Positions 49,635-58,845 of a DNA stretch of 64,000 nucleotides are shown in pieces (position 1 is the first letter of the stretch; every line of letters starts with the position of its first letter). The DNA is taken from contig CALWON010000005.1 of NCBI GenBank assembly GCA_944383165.1, positions 47 to 64,046 of the forward strand. The letters run 5' to 3'. Made by a program: the position numbers and the translations under genes. The stretch comes from an uncultured Oscillospiraceae bacterium (GTDB taxonomy: Bacteria; Bacillota; Clostridia; Oscillospirales; Oscillospiraceae). The notes beneath the pieces were generated by a model. It made no database searches. It saw only the letters and a program-made list of their open reading frames with translations, and was not told the DNA's origin.

Positions 49635-49981
49635 ATGCCCCCTCCAATATCATCACATTGGATATAATGTAAGGTGCTGGTACTGTCCATATTATCATCT
49701 ACCTGATAAATATGAACAGTTTTTGCCAGAATCTTTAGAACAGCCTCATCATTCACATCCCAAAAGGTATATTCCATCAATCCGTCCTGTCTGTTCTGTT
49801 CTACATAATCTGAAATATCCCCCAACACACAATGGCTTTCTTTGACTTCCTCTACTTCATGGTAGATGAGTACCAACTTTTTCGCATCCCATGTCTGAAA
49901 TGATACTTTGACTGTTTCACAACCAATGAGTACACTTTCGATATGACCATCACACTCTGAAAATAGATCCAATTCCTTCAT
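49619..49981 (-). CDS. Acidic hypothetical protein (120 aa), immunity-protein-like
   Basis: ATGA overlap with the upstream gene; beta-rich acidic sequence (DGHIESVLI...VSFQTWD). Confidence 0.6.
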   Translation of the reverse strand: MKELDLFSECDGHIESVLIGCETVKVSFQTWDAKKLVLIYHEVEEVKESHCVLGDISDYVEQNRQDGLMEYTFWDVNDEAVLKILAKTVHIYQVDDNMDSTSTLHYIQCDDIGGGICETH

Positions 49982-50751
49982 AATGACGGTGCTTCTCCCT
50001 CATGAAAACGGTATAGCCAATCCCAGTATGGCTCTGTTTCCCCACACTCTGGGCATACCCCTGTCCCATAAACCAGAGGCAAAATCGGGCTGACTGGGTT
50101 GTCCCCCACCAGTTCCAGTACCCCATTCAACCATACAGCTTCATGCTCAAATGAGGTCCCGTCCCAAGGGTCTATTTGGATTTCTTCTATACAATCTGGC
50201 TGTTCCAAGAATGGGATGGACTCCTCATCCCATCCACATGCACAGGCGGCCATCCCCTCTTCCCAAACGGAACCAGATAAAAGCCAAAATCCATAGGCAT
50301 GGTTCCTATCCCCTATCACAGCCAATGCACCCAAAGTAAACATCACTCCAAGTTCTGTATCCTCTGCCAACAGAAGCTGCACCTGTGGGTCAGCAATCAT
50401 TGTCTTTACTTCCTTTTGTAAACCTGACAAACCTTCATAAAATTCCTGATATGCTTCTGTACCCAATGGGAGGGGACATTCTGCTTCTGCTGCAATGGCT
50501 GCCCCCATTTGGGCAATCAGATAAACCTGATCTTTTTTCGATAGATTTGGAACGAAAGCAGCCAAATGTGGCAATACATAAGCAGTTATCCTATTCCAAC
50601 TAAGCTGATGGCTCAATTCTTCGGACAACCCAAAAATGGCTTCTTGCGGGCTTCCATCCCCTTCCATCAATTTTGTGAGCCATAGCTCCACTTGGCTCCC
50701 ATTTAAATTGGAAATCACACTTCCCCACCTAGCATCCGTCCGTTGAATCAT
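49978..50751 (-). CDS. Hypothetical protein (257 aa), helical N-terminus with a C-terminal Zn-ribbon-like pair
   Basis: AGGAGGG RBS; CACG and CPECG motifs; acidic. Confidence 0.7.
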   Translation of the reverse strand: MIQRTDARWGSVISNLNGSQVELWLTKLMEGDGSPQEAIFGLSEELSHQLSWNRITAYVLPHLAAFVPNLSKKDQVYLIAQMGAAIAAEAECPLPLGTEAYQEFYEGLSGLQKEVKTMIADPQVQLLLAEDTELGVMFTLGALAVIGDRNHAYGFWLLSGSVWEEGMAACACGWDEESIPFLEQPDCIEEIQIDPWDGTSFEHEAVWLNGVLELVGDNPVSPILPLVYGTGVCPECGETEPYWDWLYRFHEGEAPSL

Positions 50752-50891
50752 CAGAAACCCTCCTATTTTCTCTTATTTTGGAAAAGTATAACACAGATCT
50801 ATCGACAAATCCATTGTTATTTGTGTATAATATAGGAGTGTTCTGCCACAGCTCCACCACCATTCAGGCATGAAATTCTATGTAAAAATTT

Positions 50892-51266
50892 TTGTCATCC
50901 CTCTATCTAGGGGACCGATTTTGTGAAAAAGTCACATTTGAAAACCATAAAATTTCATTTCAAATGAATTGCATTTCCAGATTAAAGGAGGGCACAAAAA
51001 AGTGGAATTATCATTGCAAACAAGATGTAGAACATGGATGCCTTGTTTTTGATGGAGTTGTAGGCTTTTCTTTTAGCAGTGGATTATTTTTTAATGATGA
51101 AATCTATGGGATAGAAGTCATCTCAAACATAAATGGAATCTACACCTTTGTTGTATATGGCTGCAATGTGTCTGATGATGCAACCTCAACCGACATACAA
51201 CTACACATAAAAGCAAAAGAATTTTATTTTTTTGATCCAAAAAACGATGAGATGATTACAAAATAG
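50892..51266 (+). CDS. Hypothetical protein (YLGDR motif; DUF6258-like by recall); start uncertain
   Basis: SLYLGDR, CISR, WNY, GCLVFDGV motifs. No good RBS before the TTG. Confidence 0.55.
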   Translation: MSSLYLGDRFCEKVTFENHKISFQMNCISRLKEGTKKWNYHCKQDVEHGCLVFDGVVGFSFSSGLFFNDEIYGIEVISNINGIYTFVVYGCNVSDDATSTDIQLHIKAKEFYFFDPKNDEMITK

Positions 51267-51301
51267 GGAACCACAAAGGTCTCCTTCCCTGTTATATCAC
51301 T

Positions 51302-51856
51302 TTGCATAGGGTGTGTGAGCAATCAATGGCTGCAAAATTTGAAGTTTATATGATCAGTGAAGCACATTTTGATATCAGACAATGTAACACACTTTTTTCT
51401 CGAATTGGTGAGACTGTATTTTCTCAAGATTGTGTGATATGGGATAGCTGGTTGCCAGAAAAAGAGGAAATGGTAAAGATACAGGATGGCATATCATTAA
51501 AAAAACGCCTCTTAAATGGAAACATCATTCACTTTCAAGGAACCATAGGTTCTTTCCCAGTGGGTGCAATGCAATACTTTGGGCATGGGCAATTCCATAC
51601 ACAACAATGGATTGATACAGCCAATCTTCCAGAATTAGATACTGACTCACCCAATGAATTTTGTACTTCTTTTTGTCAATCCGCGGCAGAGAGGCTTATG
51701 GAGTTATCACAACAAGTAAATATCAAATTTTTTGCAATGGGTACAGAAATGGTTTTGTATGATTCAGAGCAATTAGAAGAAATCCTCCATAAAAGCTATC
51801 ACATCCTATATTATGGAATGAAACAAAATAACCACTTTCTGACCTGTTACAGATAA
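51302..51856 (+). CDS. Hypothetical protein (about 176-184 aa)
   Basis: Long ORF with no antisense competitor; the likely start is ATG near 51326. Confidence 0.55.
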   Translation: MHRVCEQSMAAKFEVYMISEAHFDIRQCNTLFSRIGETVFSQDCVIWDSWLPEKEEMVKIQDGISLKKRLLNGNIIHFQGTIGSFPVGAMQYFGHGQFHTQQWIDTANLPELDTDSPNEFCTSFCQSAAERLMELSQQVNIKFFAMGTEMVLYDSEQLEEILHKSYHILYYGMKQNNHFLTCYR

Positions 51857-51946
51857 CCTTCAAAAATACCTTAAAGCAATCAAATCCCTGAAAAGAAAAT
51901 TGTAGTGATTAGTGATAGTCAGGACAGCGTATTACAAATATATAAT

Positions 51947-51996
51947 GAAATCCCAACAGAAGGGGAATGGAATCTATCCTTCTGTTGGGATTTTTC
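51947..51996. terminator. Bidirectional terminator after the SLH-anchor gene
   Basis: aaatcccaacagaagg / ccttctgttgggattt perfect 16-bp inverted repeat. Confidence 0.8.
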
Positions 51997-52051
51997 GTTT
52001 TTTACATAACCTGTGTTCGGCAAAAACTTTGTAGCTTCTGACTGTCCAATA

Positions 52052-53314
52052 TCAGGTATTTTTCAAGAATTGCCGCAAGATAGTAGCCACTTGCGCTCTT
52101 GTTGCCACACCTTGTGGTTCCAGTGTTTGATTGCCTACACCAGACAAAAGCCCTTGTTCCACAGCCCAGCTCATAGGGACAGTGGCATAACTGGAAATAT
52201 TTCCAGCATCTGTGAATGCTGCAAGAGCAGTTTTTGCATCTTCTCCCACCTGAGCATTGGCATAGCTGTATAGAATGGTTGCCATCTGCTCCCGTGTGAT
52301 CGGCTGATTGGGTGCAAATGCTGTCTCACTGATGCCACTGACAACCCCAGCTTCTTTTGCCCAAGCTACAGCAGCACTGTACCAGGCATCGGCTGGTACA
52401 TCGGTAAAGCCGCTGTCCCCATTGCTGGTCTCTCCAGACAAACGATACAGCACCGTCACTAGCATCGCACGGCTCATTTCTACATTGGGACCAAACTCTG
52501 TCTCACTTATTCCTGCAAACAATCCTTGAGCCACCACAAAGTCTACCGCTTCAGCAAACCAGTCAGTGGGCTGTACGTCTGTAAAACTCAGTTTCTGATC
52601 CTCCACTTTCTCAAAGGTCACTACAACCTTATCCTTAGCGGTGAGACCAGTCAGCTTTGTTGTAATTGCCACTTCTTTCCCATTTACTAGGATTTTTGCA
52701 ATACGATAACCTGCATCTGGAGTAATGGTAACACTACCATCACTGGCAGCCTGAACTTTACCACCAACTCCATTTGTGGATACCGTTGGGGTATGGTTTA
52801 CAGACCCACCTGTTCCCCCTGTAGAACTGCCACCTGTGGAGGAACCGCCTTCTGTGGAACCGCCTCCAATAGAACCACCGTCCTCTCCACCATAGCTCAC
52901 TGTAATCCCAATCTCTGGATAGGTATAACGGTTCAGAAATTGGTCTAACACAACTGTGTGCCCAACACCAGTAATTTCTGTCTTCTCATCTACCAACAAT
53001 GTCCCAATATTCAACATCCCATTGGAACCAGTCAGTGGGGTACGTGAAGCCACATACAGTGTAACTGTTTTTTCTACACTATCAATGGTAACCGCATAGC
53101 TATCAGCATAGCTTTGGAACTGCACCCCCTGCATATTCAGCAGTGGCAAAGTAATTTCTGCGGCATAGCGGTCTGTACCCACATCCTGTAATTGTACAGC
53201 CGCAGCTGTTCCTGCCTGATCAAAAGACAGGTCAATCCCTGCTGCCAGTGTTTGCACTGGCAGCAGGGTGCACAACATCAGTGTGCCAATTCCTTGTTTC
53301 ATCCAACGCTTCAT
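52052..53314 (-). CDS. Secreted SLH-anchored protein: beta-rich N-domain (cohesin-like?), Gly/Ser linker, InlB-B-repeat-like domain, three SLH
   Basis: Signal peptide (VQTLA-A), GGSTEGGSSTGGSSTGG linker, VTITPDAGY, and SLH motifs FTDVQPTDWF, FGPNVEMSRAM, FAPNQPITREQM, PQGVATRAQVA. Confidence 0.82.
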   Translation of the reverse strand: MKRWMKQGIGTLMLCTLLPVQTLAAGIDLSFDQAGTAAAVQLQDVGTDRYAAEITLPLLNMQGVQFQSYADSYAVTIDSVEKTVTLYVASRTPLTGSNGMLNIGTLLVDEKTEITGVGHTVVLDQFLNRYTYPEIGITVSYGGEDGGSIGGGSTEGGSSTGGSSTGGTGGSVNHTPTVSTNGVGGKVQAASDGSVTITPDAGYRIAKILVNGKEVAITTKLTGLTAKDKVVVTFEKVEDQKLSFTDVQPTDWFAEAVDFVVAQGLFAGISETEFGPNVEMSRAMLVTVLYRLSGETSNGDSGFTDVPADAWYSAAVAWAKEAGVVSGISETAFAPNQPITREQMATILYSYANAQVGEDAKTALAAFTDAGNISSYATVPMSWAVEQGLLSGVGNQTLEPQGVATRAQVATILRQFLKNT

Positions 53315-53347
53315 TGCGTGCTTCCTTTCTAAACCTTTGGCTTCCCT

Positions 53348-56300
53348 TTACTCTAAGATGATAGCAGGCATTGAGTCATAACGAGGTACACTGATGAACA
53401 GGGTATCACTGGTCATACGTGGATTATTCCCATAGATATCCTCTGCCCGCCACATTTGGGCCTGTAGTGCAATCATAACCAAATTGCCCGCAGCATGATT
53501 GTCACCATGGTCCTCATTGACCTGCTTGAAACTCTCCTGATCCTCTGGGATAAACACAAAGAAACCGTCACTAATGGTACTGACTGCACCATCATCTGGA
53601 ATTTCTGCAAAGAGGATTGTTTCACCAGATAGGGTCTGTTCTGTTACCACTGGCACCTCGCTGGAGCCTGGTTTCATAGACTGCATTTGTGCCTTCAGAC
53701 GGACACTATTGTACATAGGATCACCACGGTAGCTGCCAGTAATTACAACAGTGCCAGCCTTGATTACTTCTGTCTGACCATCACCAAGATCATAGGTATA
53801 ATCCTCACCCAGTACACCAATAGACGCACCCTCTGTAAACGCAATGTTGTCACCTGGATAGCTGAGTAACTGAATATTGGATGTAGACACATCAGCAGGC
53901 ATGCCAGAAATCACAATACTGACAGCATCATAAATCCAGATACGGGTATCTGTGGCATCTGTACCCGGCTTATTCCAATAAGTCAGGAAGGAATCTTCAC
54001 TTTGACTGTTAGAGAAACGATCACTTTTTGCAACCACACTTCGTCCATCTGTTGTGGTAATGGTAACAGTATAATTACCATCTGTAGGAATGGAACTGCC
54101 AATGATTTTCAATCCACTGGTGGTCAATACTCCACCATCCTTAGCCGTAATCTGAATATTTTTTGTATTGGTATCCTGATTCAGCCCATATTCACTGATA
54201 TCATACAGACTTGCATCGAGTGTCACATCATAGGAAATCCGTACCTGTGCAGCCTCTGCTTGATCCACCTCATAACCCAGAGTGTCAATGACACGAACAG
54301 AGTAGGTGAATACCATATGGTTGGCTGCACCCACTGTATCCAGATAAGTCTGCGTGCTTTTCCCATTGCCCATCAGGAATGCCACTGGTGTACCATTGCG
54401 CAAAATCTCATAGCCCTGGACGCGGCTGGCATCACCTGACACTGTAATGGTCAATTTTACCTGATTCTCATTCTCCACCGCGGCAGTGAGAGCGGCAGCC
54501 AATTCTGCCTTTGTCTCACCATTGAGACGGTCACGGCGGGACTGGTCATTGAGGTACCAAATATTGCGTGGTTCTTCACTGTATCCCTTCAGTGTAGTGA
54601 TTGTTGCTTCACTCAGTTCCATGCCCCAACGGGTGAAAAATTCAGTCAGATTCTTTCCTGTCACTTCAGCAGCAATCAAGGCAATCCGATCATCTTTACT
54701 GGGTGCATCGCTGTGCGCCCCAGTCTTCCACTTACTAAAGAAAGCATTGTAGAAGTCCAATGCACCACTACCATCAAATGGACTGCCTGCCTCATCATAC
54801 GCCAGATGCAACTGCCAATACATTCCCAACTGGGTAAATACATCGCCAGCCTGACCAGGTTTTCCTAGGGCAACCTTGTTAAAGATGGATTGATACATAC
54901 CCTCCAAGCGGGATTGACCAACCATGTCACCAGTATCTGCTGTCTGTGCTACCAGAGAATAAATATTGTTGGTAATTTCTGCGTAGCCAATCTTATCCAT
55001 GTTGTGACCAATCTCATGTGCAATGCCCCAACCATAGAGCCCATTGAGATCATCCCCATCAATACCACTGCCACTACCCGTCAATTCCACTGGATAGCCA
55101 GTGACCATAGCACGGGTTTCATTGAAATCAATGCCCACATAGCTACCAGCCGCAAACATGAACGCACCTGAGAACATACGTGAGAAGTGGATATTCTGTC
55201 TGGTTTCCATAGGATACTGATAGGAAGCAAAATCTGTATCCGCTCCAATGATACCCTGTGTCTTATTCATCAAGAACAGCAGCTGCTCCCATGCACAAAT
55301 GGCATTGTAAAGTTTAGATGTGGCATCTTCCACTGAGGCTGTTGTACCACCTAAGCCAGACAGGACCTGATCTGCTGGCAATGACAACAGGACACTTGGG
55401 GTAGCAATCTCGGTCACATTGCGAATATTCGTTCTGCGGCTGCTATCGTTGGGGAAAGACAATCCCGCAACATAGTCCTGCAATTCCTGTACATAGACAC
55501 GGATGAGCGACTTGCGTTCTTCCTCACTTTTACCATACCACTGGGTAGGATCAATATTTAACATTGGGATTTCCGTTACCACAGTTTTCTGGTCAGATGT
55601 ATCACGGATCTGTAGTTCCAGTGCATCTGCATTGCTTCCACTGTACTCAATGTAGAGGGAACCACCACGTTCACCGCTGCCACTGTTGCCAATTTGATTG
55701 AGATAGATACGATTGCGTCCATTCTGCAATGTGTAACGTTTGGTCTCAGCACCGGTCTCAGAATACTGTTGCCACTGTACTAATGTAGCTGTTTCCCCAT
55801 CGCCCAGACCTTCAACATAAATGGAAATTGCCTGGTTGGACAGGGCAGAAATACCCAAAGGTTGCAATGCAGAAGCAGTTTGCCCATACTTCTGGTCTGC
55901 CGCTCCACTGCGGGAGGCAAAACCAGCCCGGACCATCAGTTCCTCCCCATTGAGCAGTTGCTGTGCATTGTCCAGCTCATCCAACAGAACCGCCCGATCC
56001 ACATAGTAGGCATCTACATTGCTGGCTTTTTGACGCAGGGCATCAATGGTAGCCTGATCCACACCGGCTGCCAACGCTGTGTGGCTGCCATTCGCAAACA
56101 TTGCATCTATAGAATCAGCCAACCCATCGTACTGATAAAAAGCCACTTCAACCAGGCTCATATTGCCTGCACCGTCCCACTGCCTAGGCTGTACAGTCAG
56201 AGAAGTAACCGTGGTACGTGGGAATTTTACAATAAAGTAGGAATTATCGTCTACCTTCTCAAACGATACCTTGGACTCATCCACCTTTTCCCCATTGAGC

Positions 56301-58309
56301 CAAAGCTCAAAGGCTGTAAAATAATCGCGGTAGCGATTTCCACTGTTGTTTTGGGTATCCAGCCCCAAATTTGGGACATAGATAAAATAATTCATCTCAT
56401 AGGGTTGATCAAACTGGAATGTAAACTTTTTATCCAACCACCAAGTAGTGGCAACCCATCCAGTGTGATAATCCCCATCATAGACTGCACCAGGCAGCTG
56501 TCCCTGGCTTACCTTTGTGTCTGTATTGTTTGTGGGATAAGTAGCAGATACAATAACACTGTGATCCAATCGGTTCACTGTGGGCAGATCTGGGGCTTCT
56601 ATGTCCTCCTGTTCCGGTGTCCCTTCTGCTGTGAGAGAAACGGGACCATTGCCCCTGATGTTGACTCCAAATACCTGTACTTCATAAGTAACACCATTCT
56701 CCAAACCAGTGATGTAGGTTGAAGACTGGAACTGACCATCCAGCACCACAAACTCATCCTGCCCCTTGACCCGGTATTGGACTTTGCTGTATTGGGTATC
56801 TTTTCCGGGCTTCCATGTCACCTGTAACATGGTATCTTTGGGTGTAACTGTTACATTATCTGGTTTATCTGGTACACTTGCAGGCTGTGGTGTGGCAGCG
56901 ACTACATCAGATTTCCCACCTTCCCACTTTTGATCGCCAGCAGTAGAAATGGGTGCTACTGCAAAATAATAGGTCTTGAGATTTTCAAGATTGCTAATTG
57001 TGCAGGATGTGCGGTCTGTCTCTAAGGTATGAGTCATCTGATTTTGGCTTGTGCCATAGTAGACCTTGTATCCAGTGATGTTAGGAAACGTATCCCAAGA
57101 TAAAGTCACTTGTTCCGCCCCAGCCTGTGCTTTGACATTTTGTACTTTTGTATTTTCCTTGACTGGATTTTCTGGCAAAATATCCTTATGGAACTTAATC
57201 TGCTCCACAACGATCTCCTGATTGTCCACAATATCCACCCGGATGGTAATTTTTTTCACCGGTACCCGTGTGCCCAAGGAGATGGTCACTACCTTGCGCC
57301 CATCATCCCTGGTTTGTATGGCATACACACCATCTGGGGTACTTTCATCAAAAGGCACCTGAAATAGGTCACCATTTACAGTTTCTACTTCCACTACCCC
57401 TTTTTCCACTGGATATGCTGTGGAACTGACAATCTCCACCTGTTCCACTTCTACGCCTTCCTTAGCAGTCAGTGGGATAGGCAACACAATCTGGGTCTCA
57501 CCCTCATTGGCTGCTAACTGCACTGTTTCGCCATTGTCTGTAAACAAGGATGCAAGTTCACTATTCTGAATGGTCCCCACAAGCCCCTCTTCCGCACCGG
57601 CTATATCCACTACCTTAGAGAGGATGGCTGAGGTCTGGTAGGTCTGTGCCTCCCCTGTGGCACCAGATGCCATGGTGATGATTGCCAGGTCAGAGATATC
57701 TACGACCCCATCCCCATTAAGGTCAGCCAAACTGTTGTTGGTATCTAAATTCCCCTTGACTACCGCAACATCTGCCTCATCTACTCTGCCATCACCATTC
57801 AAATCACCGTATGTAAAGGTATTATCACCTGTACCAATAATAATACCCCGAGAGTAATCTGACAGGATCAACCCCTCACTGTGGTATGATTGAAACCCAG
57901 TACCTGTGAATGCAAGATTGTATTGGTTGTCATTTGCTTCTGCAGATAAGCCTGTGAATTGAACCTCCACTGAGGTGACATTTGTTTCATTGGTTTTCCA
58001 TGTCACTGTGCCAGTTGCTGTGCTTCCATCGGTAAACGCCAGATCCCCTTCCTGTAAAGGACCTGAGGCAATCTCCTGATTACCACGGTACAGAACGACA
58101 GCCGCATCACTGCCTTTTAGTTTATCTATGGAGATGGGATAATCCATCCGGATCATCGCCTGAATATCTCCCGTTGCTTTGGTTGTCTTGGTAGAAACCT
58201 GCTCCACATTGGTGTAATCGGTTGCCACTGCCTGGGGGATACCACCCAACAGACCCATGCCTATTGCAGTTGCAAGAACACCAGACAGGGCTCTTTGATG
58301 CCATCTCAT
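53348..58309 (-). CDS. Secreted M60-like (enhancin-type) metallopeptidase with N-terminal dockerin, FnIII domains and a discoidin/CBM32-like module
   Basis: Signal peptide; paired EF-hand dockerin repeats GDLNGDGRVDEAD / ADLNGDGVVDISDL; FnIII (VTLSWD...GYKVYYG, LENGVTYEV); DGDYHTGW; gluzincin GWGIAHEIGH + EITNN; LGMYWQL. Confidence 0.88.
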   Translation of the reverse strand: MRWHQRALSGVLATAIGMGLLGGIPQAVATDYTNVEQVSTKTTKATGDIQAMIRMDYPISIDKLKGSDAAVVLYRGNQEIASGPLQEGDLAFTDGSTATGTVTWKTNETNVTSVEVQFTGLSAEANDNQYNLAFTGTGFQSYHSEGLILSDYSRGIIIGTGDNTFTYGDLNGDGRVDEADVAVVKGNLDTNNSLADLNGDGVVDISDLAIITMASGATGEAQTYQTSAILSKVVDIAGAEEGLVGTIQNSELASLFTDNGETVQLAANEGETQIVLPIPLTAKEGVEVEQVEIVSSTAYPVEKGVVEVETVNGDLFQVPFDESTPDGVYAIQTRDDGRKVVTISLGTRVPVKKITIRVDIVDNQEIVVEQIKFHKDILPENPVKENTKVQNVKAQAGAEQVTLSWDTFPNITGYKVYYGTSQNQMTHTLETDRTSCTISNLENLKTYYFAVAPISTAGDQKWEGGKSDVVAATPQPASVPDKPDNVTVTPKDTMLQVTWKPGKDTQYSKVQYRVKGQDEFVVLDGQFQSSTYITGLENGVTYEVQVFGVNIRGNGPVSLTAEGTPEQEDIEAPDLPTVNRLDHSVIVSATYPTNNTDTKVSQGQLPGAVYDGDYHTGWVATTWWLDKKFTFQFDQPYEMNYFIYVPNLGLDTQNNSGNRYRDYFTAFELWLNGEKVDESKVSFEKVDDNSYFIVKFPRTTVTSLTVQPRQWDGAGNMSLVEVAFYQYDGLADSIDAMFANGSHTALAAGVDQATIDALRQKASNVDAYYVDRAVLLDELDNAQQLLNGEELMVRAGFASRSGAADQKYGQTASALQPLGISALSNQAISIYVEGLGDGETATLVQWQQYSETGAETKRYTLQNGRNRIYLNQIGNSGSGERGGSLYIEYSGSNADALELQIRDTSDQKTVVTEIPMLNIDPTQWYGKSEEERKSLIRVYVQELQDYVAGLSFPNDSSRRTNIRNVTEIATPSVLLSLPADQVLSGLGGTTASVEDATSKLYNAICAWEQLLFLMNKTQGIIGADTDFASYQYPMETRQNIHFSRMFSGAFMFAAGSYVGIDFNETRAMVTGYPVELTGSGSGIDGDDLNGLYGWGIAHEIGHNMDKIGYAEITNNIYSLVAQTADTGDMVGQSRLEGMYQSIFNKVALGKPGQAGDVFTQLGMYWQLHLAYDEAGSPFDGSGALDFYNAFFSKWKTGAHSDAPSKDDRIALIAAEVTGKNLTEFFTRWGMELSEATITTLKGYSEEPRNIWYLNDQSRRDRLNGETKAELAAALTAAVENENQVKLTITVSGDASRVQGYEILRNGTPVAFLMGNGKSTQTYLDTVGAANHMVFTYSVRVIDTLGYEVDQAEAAQVRISYDVTLDASLYDISEYGLNQDTNTKNIQITAKDGGVLTTSGLKIIGSSIPTDGNYTVTITTTDGRSVVAKSDRFSNSQSEDSFLTYWNKPGTDATDTRIWIYDAVSIVISGMPADVSTSNIQLLSYPGDNIAFTEGASIGVLGEDYTYDLGDGQTEVIKAGTVVITGSYRGDPMYNSVRLKAQMQSMKPGSSEVPVVTEQTLSGETILFAEIPDDGAVSTISDGFFVFIPEDQESFKQVNEDHGDNHAAGNLVMIALQAQMWRAEDIYGNNPRMTSDTLFISVPRYDSMPAIILE

Positions 58310-58845
58310 TTTCTTATTTCCTTTCTTTTGATTCAATCACTGTATTCCTTTGACAGCCCTACAGTATCTCTTATATTGTATCACAAGTGATCCCATTTTG
58401 TATCCCATAAACTGAAAATTTAGGGAAATTTGTGTATAAGTTAAAAAAGAAAAATAATAACCATTTAAATTAAGCAGAACACACAAATATTTTACTACTA
58501 ATTTGGTATGATTTTAAAATAAAAGGGATAAATTATATTTTATGTATTTTTTATCCATTTACTTCACTCCCTTTAGGGAGCTTCTCAACCATACATAGGT
58601 TATCAGCCCATAGCATAATGCAGAAAACAACAAGAATTATTGTTCTATTGATTACCTTCTCTCTGTAACTTAGACAGATTCCAGAAAATACATTCTGATA
58701 TGTCCAATGTAAGATTCCAAAAATCTGTCCTCTTATTATTTTCCAAAATCATCCGATATTCTACATGACTGTGGTTTGTATATCGAAACAACAAAAAACC
58801 TAGTAGAAAATCATGGTACAAAATCAAGCCTTAGGGGGAATCCAG

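Noticed and set aside
52815-52890. Short repeated ggaaccgcc units
   Set aside because: They encode the Gly/Ser/Thr linker of the SLH protein; there are no spacers, so this is not a CRISPR array or DNA repeat element.
58376-58407. TTGTATC(A/C)CA direct repeats upstream of the M60 gene
   Set aside because: Only two good copies, overlapping the -10 in an AT-rich region, with no cognate regulator adjacent.
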